NCBI GenBank assembly: GCA_049969495.1
Contig: JBMFOT010000006.1
Span: forward strand, 3,108-67,107
Direction of reading: 5' to 3'
Source of the DNA: Armatimonadota bacterium
GTDB taxonomy: Bacteria; Armatimonadota; HRBIN16
Length of the DNA: 64,000 nt
Positions 9,149 through 19,456 of the stretch are shown here, in pieces. The position numbers and the translations under genes were made by a program. The notes under the pieces were generated by a model. It was not told the DNA's origin, searched no databases, and saw only the letters and a program-made list of their open reading frames with translations. Positions within the stretch are counted from its first letter, which is position 1; each line of letters begins with the position of its first letter.

Positions 9149-10492
9149 TTACTCCTCGCTAAGCGTTCGGCGCAGCGCCTGTACGAAATCGTCCATCTCC
9201 TGACGGGTGCGCTTTTCGGTGACCGCTATCAACAGATGATGCTCTCGCCACTGCTCGTAACGGCTCAGCGGCAATCCTGCCAGATAGTCCGGCAGCAACG
9301 CATGCACCACCTCCTCCGCTGGACGCGGCAGGCTAACAGCAAACTCTTTGAAGAAGCACGTCTGCGGGTAGACCAGCTGCACCCCCGGCAGCTCTGCCAA
9401 CCGTTTTGCCAGATAGTGCGCCTTCTGCAGGCACAAGTTTGCTACATGGCGCAAGCCCTGCTTGCCCATTGCGCTCAGGTAGACGGCTGCCGCCAGCGCC
9501 ATCAACGCTTCGTTGGTGCAGATGTTGGAGGTTGCCCGCTCGCGACGGATGTCCTGCTCGCGCGTGCGCAACGTCATGACGAAGCCTCTGCGTCCCTCCA
9601 CGTCTACCGTTTCGCCGATGATGCGTCCGGGCAGGCGGCGGATGTACTCCTCTTTGCACGCATAGAACCCCAACAGCGGACCACCGAAGCCCATTGCCAG
9701 CCCCAACGGCTGTCCTTCGCCGACCACCACATCCACGCCATATTCGCCAGGCGGTTTCAGGATGCCCAGCGCGATGGGGTCTACCGTCACGATAGCCAGT
9801 GCATTGCGCTCGTGCGCTCGCGCGGTCAGCTCCGCCATCGGCTCCAGGTTGCCGAAGAAGTTGGGGTTTTGCCACAACACGCACGCTGCGTCATCGGCTA
9901 CCGAGGTGTCCGGTAAGGTAACGCCATTCTCACCGCAGGGGATTTCCTGCACCTCCAGGTCGGCGGCGCGGGCGTAAGTGCGCACAACATGGCGGTAATG
10001 TGGATGCACGCCCTGCGATATCACAATCCGCCTGCGCCCCGTGTGGTGCCATGCCATCAGCGCGGCTTCCGCCAATGCCGTTGCCCCGTCATACATGGAG
10101 GCGTTGCTCACCGGCATACCGGTCAGCTGGCATATCATCGTCTGGTACTCGAACATCGCTTGCAGGATGCCCTGGCTGACCTCCGGCTGGTAGGGTGTAT
10201 AGGCGGTGAGGAACTCACCGCGCGAGAGGATGGCTTCGATGATCGCTGGTGCGAAATGGTCATAGATTCCCGCCCCCAAAAAGGGGACGCACTTCGATGT
10301 ATCGATGTTCTGGGAGGCGAGGCGTTGCATGTGCGCCTGCAGGGCAATTTCGTCCATGCCTCTGGGCAAGTTCAACAATCCCTTGAAGCGCAGTTCCTCC
10401 GGTATCTCCGCGAACAGGTCGTCGATGCTTCCCACGCCGATGGCGCGAAGCATCCTCTCTCGATCGGCATCGGTGTGCGGAATGTAGGTCAT
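9149..10492 (-). CDS. gcvPA: Glycine dehydrogenase (decarboxylating) subunit 1
   Basis: MTYIPHTDADRERMLRAIGV...; a 447-aa PLP-dependent P-protein N-terminal subunit. Position downstream of gcvT-gcvH fits. Confidence 0.95.
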   Translation of the reverse strand: MTYIPHTDADRERMLRAIGVGSIDDLFAEIPEELRFKGLLNLPRGMDEIALQAHMQRLASQNIDTSKCVPFLGAGIYDHFAPAIIEAILSRGEFLTAYTPYQPEVSQGILQAMFEYQTMICQLTGMPVSNASMYDGATALAEAALMAWHHTGRRRIVISQGVHPHYRHVVRTYARAADLEVQEIPCGENGVTLPDTSVADDAACVLWQNPNFFGNLEPMAELTARAHERNALAIVTVDPIALGILKPPGEYGVDVVVGEGQPLGLAMGFGGPLLGFYACKEEYIRRLPGRIIGETVDVEGRRGFVMTLRTREQDIRRERATSNICTNEALMALAAAVYLSAMGKQGLRHVANLCLQKAHYLAKRLAELPGVQLVYPQTCFFKEFAVSLPRPAEEVVHALLPDYLAGLPLSRYEQWREHHLLIAVTEKRTRQEMDDFVQALRRTLSEE

Positions 10493-10896
10493 GCCTTTTG
10501 ACGCTCCTCGATGTATGCCGCGTATTGTTCAGCGGTGAGCAGTTTGTCCACCTCGGACGGGTCTGCCAGTTGCACCTTGATCAGCCAGCCTTCGCCGTAC
10601 GGGTCTTCGTTCAGCACTTCCGAACGCTGGGTCACAGCAGAGTTTGCCTCAAGCACCTCTCCTGCTACCGGTGCGTACAGGTCTGCCACTGCCTTCACCG
10701 ACTCCACTGTGCCGAACATCTCCTCTGCTTGCAGCACCCGCCCTGGCTCCGGCAGTTCCACATACACGATGTCGCCCAGCTCGGACTGAGCGTAATCGGT
10801 GATGCCAATGGTGGCAATATCGCCCTCCACGCGCACCCATTCGTCGGTTTTGGAGTATCGTAAGTCGCTCGGGATGTTCATGTTCACCTCCATCAT
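10489..10896 (-). CDS. gcvH: Glycine cleavage system H protein
   Basis: LRYSKTDEWVRVEGDIATIGITDYAQSELGDIVYVELPE...ESVKAVADLYAPVAGEV, including the lipoyl-lysine motif. The true start may be the internal MNIPSDL. Confidence 0.95.
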   Translation of the reverse strand: MMEVNMNIPSDLRYSKTDEWVRVEGDIATIGITDYAQSELGDIVYVELPEPGRVLQAEEMFGTVESVKAVADLYAPVAGEVLEANSAVTQRSEVLNEDPYGEGWLIKVQLADPSEVDKLLTAEQYAAYIEERQKA

Positions 10897-10898
10897 CT

Positions 10899-11987
10899 TT
10901 AGACGTGACTGACGAAACGTCGCGATACAATGCGTGCAGGCACGGGCTTGCCACGCACGTCCACCTGCACCTCGTTGCCCATTCTGGAATGTTCACTGCT
11001 CACAAACGCCATGGCGATGCTTCTCTCCAGAGTGGGCGAGAAGGTTCCGCTGGTTATTTCGCCAACGGTCTGCTCGTTTACCTGCACGGGATAGCCCTGC
11101 CGCGCCACCATGCGCCCTTCCACCTCCAGCCCCACCAGCTTGCGAGTGGGACCCTGTTCACGAATGCGGCGGATAACCTCCGCCCCGATGAACTCTTTGT
11201 TCTTGCTGACCACCCAGCTCAGCCCCGCCTCGATGGGGTTGATGTGTTCGTTCAGCTCGTGTCCATACAGAGGGTATCCTGCCTCGATGCGCAGTACATC
11301 TCTCGCACCCAGCCCACAAGGCACTGCTCCCGCCTCGTGCAGGGCGTTCCACAACGGTTCCGCCGCCGAAGCGTCGAGAATCAGCTCCACACCGTCCTCG
11401 CCCGTGTAGCCGGTACGCGCCACCAGCATCGGGTACCCGCTCCACCGACTGCTTGTCACATGGAAGCGGGGCAGTTCCGCCAGATTCTGTGCGAAGAGAC
11501 GGCTCACCAGATCGATGGCTTTCGGACCCTGCACGGCTATCATGGCGGTCTGTACGGTGGCATCCTCCAGAGTAACCGATGGCGGCAAATGCTGTTGTAT
11601 CCACCCCTTATCTTTGCCGGCGTTGGCGGCGTTGACCACCACCAGCAGGTGGTCGGAAGAGAGGCGGTAGACGATGATGTCATCGATGACCCCGCCATGC
11701 GGGTTGGTGAGCAGGGAGTACTGCGCCGCGCCGTCGGTCAAAGCGGAAACATCGTTGGTGGTCAGTCTGTCAAGGGCGGGGATGGCTTCCGCGCCTCGCA
11801 AATGGAACCTGCCCATGTGGCTGATGTCGAATAGGCCCACGTTTTCGCGCACCGCGCGTGCCTCCTGGATGATGCCGCCGTATTGCACGGGCATCCACCA
11901 TCCGGCAAACTCCACCATGCGCGCCCCCATCTGGGGATGAATCTCGGCAAGGGGGGTGCGTCGCAGCTCACCGCTTTCTGTTGCCAT
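10899..11987 (-). CDS. gcvT: Aminomethyltransferase (glycine cleavage T protein)
   Basis: 362 aa: MATESGELRRTPLAEIHPQMGARMVEFAGWWMPVQYGGIIQEARAVRENVGLFDISHMGRF, which is the GcvT signature. Confidence 0.95.
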   Translation of the reverse strand: MATESGELRRTPLAEIHPQMGARMVEFAGWWMPVQYGGIIQEARAVRENVGLFDISHMGRFHLRGAEAIPALDRLTTNDVSALTDGAAQYSLLTNPHGGVIDDIIVYRLSSDHLLVVVNAANAGKDKGWIQQHLPPSVTLEDATVQTAMIAVQGPKAIDLVSRLFAQNLAELPRFHVTSSRWSGYPMLVARTGYTGEDGVELILDASAAEPLWNALHEAGAVPCGLGARDVLRIEAGYPLYGHELNEHINPIEAGLSWVVSKNKEFIGAEVIRRIREQGPTRKLVGLEVEGRMVARQGYPVQVNEQTVGEITSGTFSPTLERSIAMAFVSSEHSRMGNEVQVDVRGKPVPARIVSRRFVSHV

Positions 11988-12819
11988 AGATACCTCCTTG
12001 TTCGCGGGGCGGCACCGTTGCCCGCCCGATAAGCTTTAAGAAGCCGTCTCCCTGTTCCACGCGCTCCACCACGAACGCGCCGCCAAGGCGCAGGTCGCGT
12101 TCCACATCCAGCACCGGATTCAGCGCAGCAACTATCTTTTGCACAACTACCGGTGGAAGCTCTTCGCCCTCCACACGCACCTGCACGTTTTCTACCACCA
12201 TCTGCCGACCATCGCGCACGCCCACACCGCCTGTTGCCTCAAACCGCCACGGGGCGAGCAACGCCACCAGCTCCCCCGTGATACGCACCTCCGAAGGCGT
12301 TACCTGAACACGCGCAGAGCGCACCTCCGGCAGGCGGCGTTTTACAAACTCGGTGAGGCTTTCTTCATCGAGGGTCACCCATCCGTTACCCCAGCCCGCG
12401 CTAAACAGGCGGATGCGCAGACGAAACGCTGCCTCTCTGGAATCCAGTGAGATATCGGGTATGGTTGCTTCTAGATGGCGCACAGGAAACCCGCCCAGAT
12501 GGAAATCCTCCAGCACAATCTGCACACTGTCCGCTTTGCCGCGCCAGGCGGGAACCGGCGGTTCGGTGAAAAAAGGCATCTGCGCGGTGTGAAAGCCGGA
12601 GGCATGAACCCGAATGGTTTCTGCCCTTGCCAGCAACACGCCCAGTGCGCCCCATCTGGGCTGAATCTGCACCTGTACCTGCCCGCTGCCACCCAGTTGA
12701 TGCAGTATCTGGCGCTCTGCCGCCCGTTCCAGCCGACGGGTGTACTCTTTGGCGCCACCGATCAGCAGCAACAAGATTACGGCACCCCTGACGATGTCCT
12801 TTGTGTTGATCGGGTTCAC
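11968..12819 (-). CDS. DUF2993/LmeA-like protein with N-terminal TM anchor
   Basis: N-terminal hydrophobic segment (AVILLLLIGGA), then a repeated beta-rich region. Overlaps the gcvT start by 20 nt and livF by 4 nt, consistent with an operon. Confidence 0.5.
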   Translation of the reverse strand: MNPINTKDIVRGAVILLLLIGGAKEYTRRLERAAERQILHQLGGSGQVQVQIQPRWGALGVLLARAETIRVHASGFHTAQMPFFTEPPVPAWRGKADSVQIVLEDFHLGGFPVRHLEATIPDISLDSREAAFRLRIRLFSAGWGNGWVTLDEESLTEFVKRRLPEVRSARVQVTPSEVRITGELVALLAPWRFEATGGVGVRDGRQMVVENVQVRVEGEELPPVVVQKIVAALNPVLDVERDLRLGGAFVVERVEQGDGFLKLIGRATVPPREQGGIYGNRKR

Positions 12820-13538
12820 TCTCCCAAGTAGGCGCTGCGCACTGCCTCGTTACGCAGCAGATTCTCGGCGACATCTTCCAACACGACCTCACCGGTTTCC
12901 AGTACATATCCCCGATGCGCAAGGTGCAGCGCCATGTGTGCGTTTTGCTCTACCAACAGCACCGTTGTGCCCTCACGGTTGATACTCGCGATGGTGCGGA
13001 ATATTTCCTGAACCAGGTTTGGCGCCAGCCCCAGCGACGGCTCGTCCAGCATCAACAGCTTGGGACGAGACATTAATGCCCTGCCAATTGCCAGCATCTG
13101 TTGCTCACCGCCTGAAAGCGTGCCTGCGATTTGATGTTCTCGCTCTTTCAAGCGCGGAAAGATACTGAACACCCTCTCGAAATCCTGCACCAGCGTGTCG
13201 GGGTTACTGTGCGTGTAGGCGCCCAGCAGCAAATTTTCCCGCACGGTCATATTGGCGAAGATACGTCTCCCCTCAGGAGCATGGCATAAACCGCGACGGA
13301 CGATCTCGTGAGGTGGTTCTCGGGTGATATCCTCTCCATCAAAGATGATGGTTCCGCTGCTGGGACGTATCAATCCACTGATGGTACGCAAAAAGGTGCT
13401 TTTGCCTGCACCGTTTGCCCCCACAATGGTGACGATCTCGCCTTTTTCCACGTAAAGGGAGACGTCGCGCAGCGCGTGGATGGGCCCATAGCGCACGTTG
13501 AGCATTTCGACTTCCAGTATCTTCTCGTGAGCGTTCAT
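12816..13538 (-). CDS. livF: Branched-chain amino acid ABC transporter ATP-binding protein LivF
   Basis: MNAHEKILEVEMLNVRYGPIHALRDVSLYVEKGEIVTIVGANGAGKST...LSGGEQQMLAIGRALMSRPKLLMLDEPSLGLAP. The start was refined to the internal ATG at 13538 and gives an ATGA overlap with livG. Confidence 0.9.
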   Translation of the reverse strand: MNAHEKILEVEMLNVRYGPIHALRDVSLYVEKGEIVTIVGANGAGKSTFLRTISGLIRPSSGTIIFDGEDITREPPHEIVRRGLCHAPEGRRIFANMTVRENLLLGAYTHSNPDTLVQDFERVFSIFPRLKEREHQIAGTLSGGEQQMLAIGRALMSRPKLLMLDEPSLGLAPNLVQEIFRTIASINREGTTVLLVEQNAHMALHLAHRGYVLETGEVVLEDVAENLLRNEAVRSAYLGE

Positions 13539-14305
13539 ACTGGGGACTCTCCCAGATAAGCCTCGATGACGCGAGGGTTGGTGCGTATCTGCTGTGGTGT
13601 TCCCTGGGCAATCTCTTCGCCATGGTCCAGCACAATGATTCGTTCGCAAATGCCCATGACCACCTTCATGTCGTGTTCAATCAGCAAAATGGTCAGTTGG
13701 TACTCATCCCGCAGTCGGCGTATCAAATCCATCAGGTCGGCAGTCTCTTGCGGGTTCATCCCTGCCGCTGGCTCATCCAGAAGTAGCAGCTTGGGGTGCG
13801 TAGCCAGCGCCCGTGCGATTTCTAAACGTCTCTGTTCCCCATAAGGTAGTTGCTGCGCCCTGTAGTGTGCCACATCTTCCAACCCCATCTCGCGCAACAA
13901 CCGCCACACTTCGGCGTCTACCTTTTGTTCCTCGACCAGCATCGATCGGGTACGCCACGCCGCATGCCACAAACTGGTACGCATGTGCAGTCGCGCACCC
14001 ACCTTGACATTCTGCAGTACTGTCAACGATCCGAACAATCGGATGTTCTGGAAAGTACGGGCGATGCCCATGCGGGCGATAGCATAAGGCTTCCAACCCG
14101 TGATGTCCTGTCCAGCGAAGAGAATGCGTCCCTCTACCGGCCGATAAACCCCTGTCAGCAGGTTGAAGACGGTGGTCTTGCCGGCTCCATTGGGACCGAT
14201 CAGCCCCACCAGCTCCTGAGGTGCCAACCGCAGATGGAAATCCTTGACGGCGGTCAGCCCACCGAACCGCATGGTACAGCTCTGCACGGTGAGAATCGGC
14301 TCCAT
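13535..14305 (-). CDS. livG: Branched-chain amino acid ABC transporter ATP-binding protein LivG
   Basis: Walker A GPNGAGKTT, signature YGEQRRLEIARAL, and Walker B LLLLDEPAAGM. Confidence 0.9.
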   Translation of the reverse strand: MEPILTVQSCTMRFGGLTAVKDFHLRLAPQELVGLIGPNGAGKTTVFNLLTGVYRPVEGRILFAGQDITGWKPYAIARMGIARTFQNIRLFGSLTVLQNVKVGARLHMRTSLWHAAWRTRSMLVEEQKVDAEVWRLLREMGLEDVAHYRAQQLPYGEQRRLEIARALATHPKLLLLDEPAAGMNPQETADLMDLIRRLRDEYQLTILLIEHDMKVVMGICERIIVLDHGEEIAQGTPQQIRTNPRVIEAYLGESPV

Positions 14306-15354
14306 CAGGCTCTGAACAACCTCCAGTATTGGCGCAGGACGTACCAGCCAAACTCACGCTGTCCCAGTAAGCCTTTCGGTCGCCACAACATCAGCAGGAT
14401 GAGCATGATAGAGAAGAAAACCATCCGCAATTCAGAAGGCGCGAACGACCTGCCCCCCAGCGTGATCGTGGGCAGAAAACGCAACCACTCTAACACGATG
14501 GTCAATAACATGGCTGACACCACCGAACCGGTGATGCTGCCCTGCCCACCTAATACCACCATCGTCAAGATGATGATAGACTGGTCTAGTCGGAAGTTAT
14601 CGGGGTTGAGATAGCCGTCAAAGTGCGCATAGAGTGCTCCAGCGACGCCTGCAAAAGCGGCTCCCAGCACGAAGGCAATCACCTTGATGCGCGTGGTATT
14701 GACCCCGACCGCTTCTGCAGCCACTTCATCATCGCGTACAGCAAGGAACGCTAGCCCCTGAGAGGACACTAGTAAGTTGCGCGATAATGCCAGTAACAGC
14801 ACAACCATGAGATAGAGCCCCGAAAATGTGGTCACCAGGGGGATTCCCGAGAAACCTCGTGCTCCTCCTACCTGCTCGATGTTTAGGATGATCACGCGGA
14901 TGATCTCGCCGAAACCCAGTGTGGCTATTGCTAGGTAGTCCCCTCGCAAACGCAAGGAAGGGATCCCTACCACCAGCCCCGCAATCCCTGCAGCGGTTCC
15001 TCCAAAGGCGATGGCTGCCGTGAGCATCAGTGTGTGAGCCAGTCCAGAATCTTGCCATCCGCGCTGCTGTAACCAAGGTAAGAGCACAAACACCGTCAGA
15101 GCTGCAGAGGCATACGCCCCCACCCCCTGAAACCCCGCGTGCCCGATAGAGAACTGCCCAGTGATACCGTTGATGAGGTTTAGACTAACTGCCAGCAGCA
15201 CATTGATGCCGCATAGCATCATCACGCGGTAGGTGTAGTCGTCCACCCAGCCTGTTTCACGTAGTGCGAGAATAGCCTGATTCGCCCCGAGAAGTGCTGC
15301 CAGTGTGAGCCCTACGCAAGCTATCCGCCATATCCAGTAGCGAGTGACGCTCAT
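14305..15354 (-). CDS. livM: Branched-chain amino acid ABC transporter permease LivM
   Basis: 349-aa polytopic membrane protein with LivM-family topology, immediately upstream of livG. Confidence 0.9.
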   Translation of the reverse strand: MSVTRYWIWRIACVGLTLAALLGANQAILALRETGWVDDYTYRVMMLCGINVLLAVSLNLINGITGQFSIGHAGFQGVGAYASAALTVFVLLPWLQQRGWQDSGLAHTLMLTAAIAFGGTAAGIAGLVVGIPSLRLRGDYLAIATLGFGEIIRVIILNIEQVGGARGFSGIPLVTTFSGLYLMVVLLLALSRNLLVSSQGLAFLAVRDDEVAAEAVGVNTTRIKVIAFVLGAAFAGVAGALYAHFDGYLNPDNFRLDQSIIILTMVVLGGQGSITGSVVSAMLLTIVLEWLRFLPTITLGGRSFAPSELRMVFFSIMLILLMLWRPKGLLGQREFGWYVLRQYWRLFRA

Positions 15355-15357
15355 CCC

Positions 15358-16260
15358 CTACACCTTCTCTACGGTCGCTTTGCCGAGAATGCCTCCGGGG
15401 CGCAGCAGTAGCACCAGAATAAGGATGAGAAAAGCGATAGCATCGCGATAGGTAGTTAGTGCAGAGCCTCCTACAAATGCCTCAATGACACCCATCAGAA
15501 TACCTCCCAGTACAGCCCCGGGAATATTGCCTATTCCACCCAGCACTGCAGCTACGAACGCTTTGACCCCGGGTAATAGACCGAACAGTGGTGTGATTTT
15601 CACATTAGTGAAGGTAGCTACCATCATGCCAGCCGCACCTGCCAATGCAGACCCCAAGGCAAAAGTGAGAGCGATCACCCTGTCCACGTCGATCCCCATC
15701 AAACGTGCGGCATCGATGTCGTATGAAATCGCACGCATCGCTCTGCCAAAACGAGTGTTCATAACAATAAAGCGCAGGATCACCATGAACACGATAGAAA
15801 CCGCTAGCATAGTCATTTGTCCTGCGCTGATGTAGAGGCCCCCCTGGGTGGGTGTATTGCTTTCCAACATAGCAGGGATATATTTGGGGTCGGCACCGAA
15901 CACCACAATGCCTCCGTTCTCCAGTAGCAGCGACACGCCGATGGCGGTGATCAAAGCGGTCAGACGAGGGGCGTTACGGATAGGACGGTATGCCAAACGC
16001 TCGATCAACATGCCTACCATCGCACAGATAACCATGCACACAATCAACACGAACAGAAAGTTGCTCGCACTCGGGTGCTGATGCAGACCGAAAAACATGA
16101 TGGTATAGTAGGCGATAAACGCGCCCAACATGTACACGTCACCATGTGCAAAGTTGATCAGGCGCAATACCCCATATACCATCGTGTACCCCACTGCGAT
16201 GAGGGCGTAGATGCTTCCGTACTGGATACCGTTGATCAATTGTTGCAGATAGACTTCCAT
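15358..16260 (-). CDS. livH: Branched-chain amino acid ABC transporter permease LivH
   Basis: 300-aa polytopic permease (MEVYLQQLINGIQYGSIYALIAVGYTMVYGVLRLINFAHGD...), the LivH signature. Confidence 0.9.
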   Translation of the reverse strand: MEVYLQQLINGIQYGSIYALIAVGYTMVYGVLRLINFAHGDVYMLGAFIAYYTIMFFGLHQHPSASNFLFVLIVCMVICAMVGMLIERLAYRPIRNAPRLTALITAIGVSLLLENGGIVVFGADPKYIPAMLESNTPTQGGLYISAGQMTMLAVSIVFMVILRFIVMNTRFGRAMRAISYDIDAARLMGIDVDRVIALTFALGSALAGAAGMMVATFTNVKITPLFGLLPGVKAFVAAVLGGIGNIPGAVLGGILMGVIEAFVGGSALTTYRDAIAFLILILVLLLRPGGILGKATVEKV

Positions 16261-17411
16261 CAGGGGTAGATGGTCTGGACGTATTTGAATGCTTTCCCAC
16301 GCACCTGCAGAATCACCGCCGGCTTACGGGCGTTGCGCTGCGCGTCGATGGTGATTTTGCCGGTAACTCCTGGGAAATCTTTGGTCTGTGCCAGCGCATC
16401 ACGGATTTTCGATGGCTCGGTAGAGCCTGCTCGCTTGATCGCATCGAACAGGATGTTTGCTGCATCATAGCCCAGTGCCGCCAGCGCGTCGGGGACTTCG
16501 CCGCCATAACGCGCCTTAAACTTGCGAACAAACTCCTGCACTACGGGCTCTGTGGATTCATGCGAGTAATGGTTGCTGAAGTAGCTGCCCTCCAAGGCAG
16601 TGCCCGCACCTTCTACGAGCTTGGGCGAATCCCAACCGTCTCCGCCAAGGAACGGCACCGTGATGCCCAGCTCCCGTGCCTGTCGAGCAATAGTGCCCAC
16701 CTCTGAGTAATAACCGGGTACGAAGATGGCGTCCGGATTGGCGGCTTTGATAGCGGTCAACTGCGCCCGAAAGTCGGGGTCTCCTTCGCTATACGACTTC
16801 TCCGCCACAATCTGTCCGCCCAATTTGGTGAAGGTCTCTTTAAAGTATTGAGCCAGCCCAACGCTATAGTCGTTTTTGACGTCAGTGAGTATCGCTGCAC
16901 GGCGTGCCTTCAGTGTCTGGTAGGCAAAGGTAGCGACGGCGGTGCCCTGAAATGGGTCGATAAAGCACACACGGAAAATGTAATCACCCACTTGGGTAAC
17001 TTTGGGATTCGTGGAGGACGGGCTGATCATTGGGATACGGTTTTCTTGACAGATGGGAGCGGCAGCCAGACTGCGCGAGCTCGCTACTTCCCCGATGACG
17101 GCAACCACCTTATCACGTTGTATGAGTTTGGTCACCGCACTGCGCGCTTCCTGGGCGTCGCTGCGGTCATCTTCTTTGTGTAGTTCGATCTTCTTCCCGT
17201 CAATACCCCCTTTGGCGTTGACCTCCTCTACCGCCAGTTGAATACCTTTAAAGGTCGACTCCCCAAAGGTGGCGGTACTTCCCGTGAACGAGAGATACAC
17301 CCCAACAGGGATGTTTTGACCCGATGCACCTCCCTGCTTGAGGGGAGGCTTGCAACCTACAAGCGTCACCATACCCGCAGCGAGAAAGAGAGCTAAACGA
17401 AACCTCAACAT
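16260..17411 (-). CDS. livJ: Branched-chain amino acid ABC transporter substrate-binding lipoprotein (LivJ/LivK family)
   Basis: Signal peptide plus lipobox (LVGC). Type I periplasmic binding fold (VYLSFTGSTATFGESTFKGIQLAVEEVNAKGGIDGKKIEL). Confidence 0.9.
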   Translation of the reverse strand: MLRFRLALFLAAGMVTLVGCKPPLKQGGASGQNIPVGVYLSFTGSTATFGESTFKGIQLAVEEVNAKGGIDGKKIELHKEDDRSDAQEARSAVTKLIQRDKVVAVIGEVASSRSLAAAPICQENRIPMISPSSTNPKVTQVGDYIFRVCFIDPFQGTAVATFAYQTLKARRAAILTDVKNDYSVGLAQYFKETFTKLGGQIVAEKSYSEGDPDFRAQLTAIKAANPDAIFVPGYYSEVGTIARQARELGITVPFLGGDGWDSPKLVEGAGTALEGSYFSNHYSHESTEPVVQEFVRKFKARYGGEVPDALAALGYDAANILFDAIKRAGSTEPSKIRDALAQTKDFPGVTGKITIDAQRNARKPAVILQVRGKAFKYVQTIYP

Positions 17412-17479
17412 GGATCCCCCTTCTCTGTATGAAATGCCTTATATATTTTACTGTAAAATGCGCCGATTCCTGTAACGCC

Positions 17480-19456
17480 TCAAAACACCGTGCTCAGCTG
17501 AACGACCGCCACACCGCCTCGCTCCTTGTCACTGCCCAGCAAGGAGTAGGAGGCGACCCCCTTCGCATCATAGAAAATCGCCTGATAGAGGGCGCGTAGC
17601 ACGGTGTCTCTGCTCAGGTCGTACTGCACGCCGAAGGTAGCGTAATGTTCTGTGGGCTTGCCCGGCGCGGATAGCCCTGCCCCCGGATTGAATCGCTGGG
17701 GGTCCTTCAGGTTCCACAGTGCCCCCTCGTAGGTCAGGCTTAATCCCCATCGGCGAACAGCTTGCCATTGCGCATGGAACACCAGGTGAAGCAATTCGTC
17801 ATCCGTGCCGAAGCCTGCGGGAGGAGCAGCTTTGCCCGTGCCGGCGTAGAAGCCACCGCGCGCATCCACTGCCACACTGCCAATGCGCGTGCGCAGTCCT
17901 GCGTCCACGCCGCGCAGGTCGGTGGGATTATGCCAGTAGCCGATGCGCCCCCAGTAGCCGGGAGGCGCAAAATACGGGCGGAAGTCACGGTAGCCCAACC
18001 AGATCAGCGCATCTTTGCCTGCATTGTACTGAACCCTCGCCAAAAACGCCCAGTTGTCCTTGTTCAAACGGTTATCGCCATGATGCAACAGGTCGCTTTG
18101 TGAATAAACGGCAGAGATGTTCCACCGGTCAGAGGGCGCGAAGTTCACCTGCCATCCCCAGACGTTTACCTGATTCACGGTTCCGAAGACGGTGGGCACA
18201 TCCTGCCAGGCGTCTAAAGTCAGGAACTGTGCGCCTACGCTGATGGTGTGTCCAAGCCGGAATGTGGCAGATGCGCCGGCACTGTGTCGTGCGTGCACGA
18301 TGCCGTAGGGGATGCGGTTGGGACGCTGGCGCAGAGGATTCCCCGGCTGAAACAGATTGACCGCGTCGTTGCCCGCGGAAACGCGCATGAGGTCGGAAAG
18401 CAGGTTGGTGTTCACGGTATTATGTCGGGCGGCGTATAACATCACGCTTACCAGGTCGGTATCCATCTGGAACTGGAGGCCATCCATGCTGTAGTAGCCG
18501 TTGTCGTAACGAGGGAGCAGAGTGTATACATCCAGGTCGGGGCGCCACAGGGTCAGCGGGGTCATGCGGTTCTCGATTCGGCCAACCGCGATACTGCCCT
18601 GCCTGCCGAAAAGAGAGACGGGCAAACGCACGTTCGCTTTCCACAAAAGGAAATCCGTAGCGCCAGGCGCACGGGAGGCACCCGGTGCAAACTGGGAAGC
18701 GGAACCGAAGTATGTCAGGGCGTTTCCCACCACCAGCGCGGCTTCGGCAAGCACCGATGGCGATAGTTCGCCACGCACCTGCAGGCTCAACTCCTGTAAG
18801 GCTTGCACATTGTTCAACAAACCGCCTTGGTAAGCGTAGCCGTTTTGGTCTATGACACCTTTGTGATCGATGCCATGTGCGCCGCGCCCAACCATATCCA
18901 GTGTGCCGCTGACCTGAGCCCGCTGGCGTATCCTCTGCTGCAGGGAACGGATCTGGTTTTCGGTCCCTGAAATCTCGGAGCGCAAGCGACGCACATCCTC
19001 GCCCAGCGTTTGCAGGTCGCGCCCGAACTCTTCCAGCAGACGGTTCAGCGTGCGTACCTGCTCCTCCAACCTCTGCAGCCGCTCGCCGACGTTATCGGGA
19101 ATCTGCCTCAGTTTCTCCCTGTCGGCGGCGAGAGTATCGAAATCGACAACCTGGGGAGGGTTGATCACCGGAGGCGGAGGCACTAGAATACGCTGTCGCA
19201 GCTCGTCCCTCAAATCGTTGACGCGGCTTCTTGTCTCTTGAAGGGCGTCGCGCAGCGCCACAGCAAACTCGTAGCGCGTGACCGGCGATGTGCCCCGGAA
19301 GGCGCCATCAGGATAGCCCTTCAAGACACCCTGCCGAATCAACATTTGCACCGCCTCGTATGCCCAGTGTCCGGGAGGAACGTCCTGCTGGGCGGAAGCG
19401 GTAACGGACATGCCCAGAACAATTGCCAGAACCACAGGCGGTACAAGGCGATTCAC
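17480..19456 (-). CDS. SLH-domain outer-membrane porin (OmpM/Slp-like: SLH + coiled coil + C-terminal beta-barrel)
   Basis: Signal peptide. SLH motif (PPGHWAYEAVQMLIRQGVLKGYPDGAFRGTSPVTRYEFAVAL). Coiled-coil region, then a long beta-strand-rich C-terminus ending in an aromatic residue (F). Confidence 0.85.
   Translation of the reverse strand: MNRLVPPVVLAIVLGMSVTASAQQDVPPGHWAYEAVQMLIRQGVLKGYPDGAFRGTSPVTRYEFAVALRDALQETRSRVNDLRDELRQRILVPPPPVINPPQVVDFDTLAADREKLRQIPDNVGERLQRLEEQVRTLNRLLEEFGRDLQTLGEDVRRLRSEISGTENQIRSLQQRIRQRAQVSGTLDMVGRGAHGIDHKGVIDQNGYAYQGGLLNNVQALQELSLQVRGELSPSVLAEAALVVGNALTYFGSASQFAPGASRAPGATDFLLWKANVRLPVSLFGRQGSIAVGRIENRMTPLTLWRPDLDVYTLLPRYDNGYYSMDGLQFQMDTDLVSVMLYAARHNTVNTNLLSDLMRVSAGNDAVNLFQPGNPLRQRPNRIPYGIVHARHSAGASATFRLGHTISVGAQFLTLDAWQDVPTVFGTVNQVNVWGWQVNFAPSDRWNISAVYSQSDLLHHGDNRLNKDNWAFLARVQYNAGKDALIWLGYRDFRPYFAPPGYWGRIGYWHNPTDLRGVDAGLRTRIGSVAVDARGGFYAGTGKAAPPAGFGTDDELLHLVFHAQWQAVRRWGLSLTYEGALWNLKDPQRFNPGAGLSAPGKPTEHYATFGVQYDLSRDTVLRALYQAIFYDAKGVASYSLLGSDKERGGVAVVQLSTVF

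Noticed and set aside
11968-11987. Glycine riboswitch upstream of gcvT
   Set aside because: gcvT overlaps the upstream DUF2993 gene by 20 nt, so there is no leader to contain a riboswitch.
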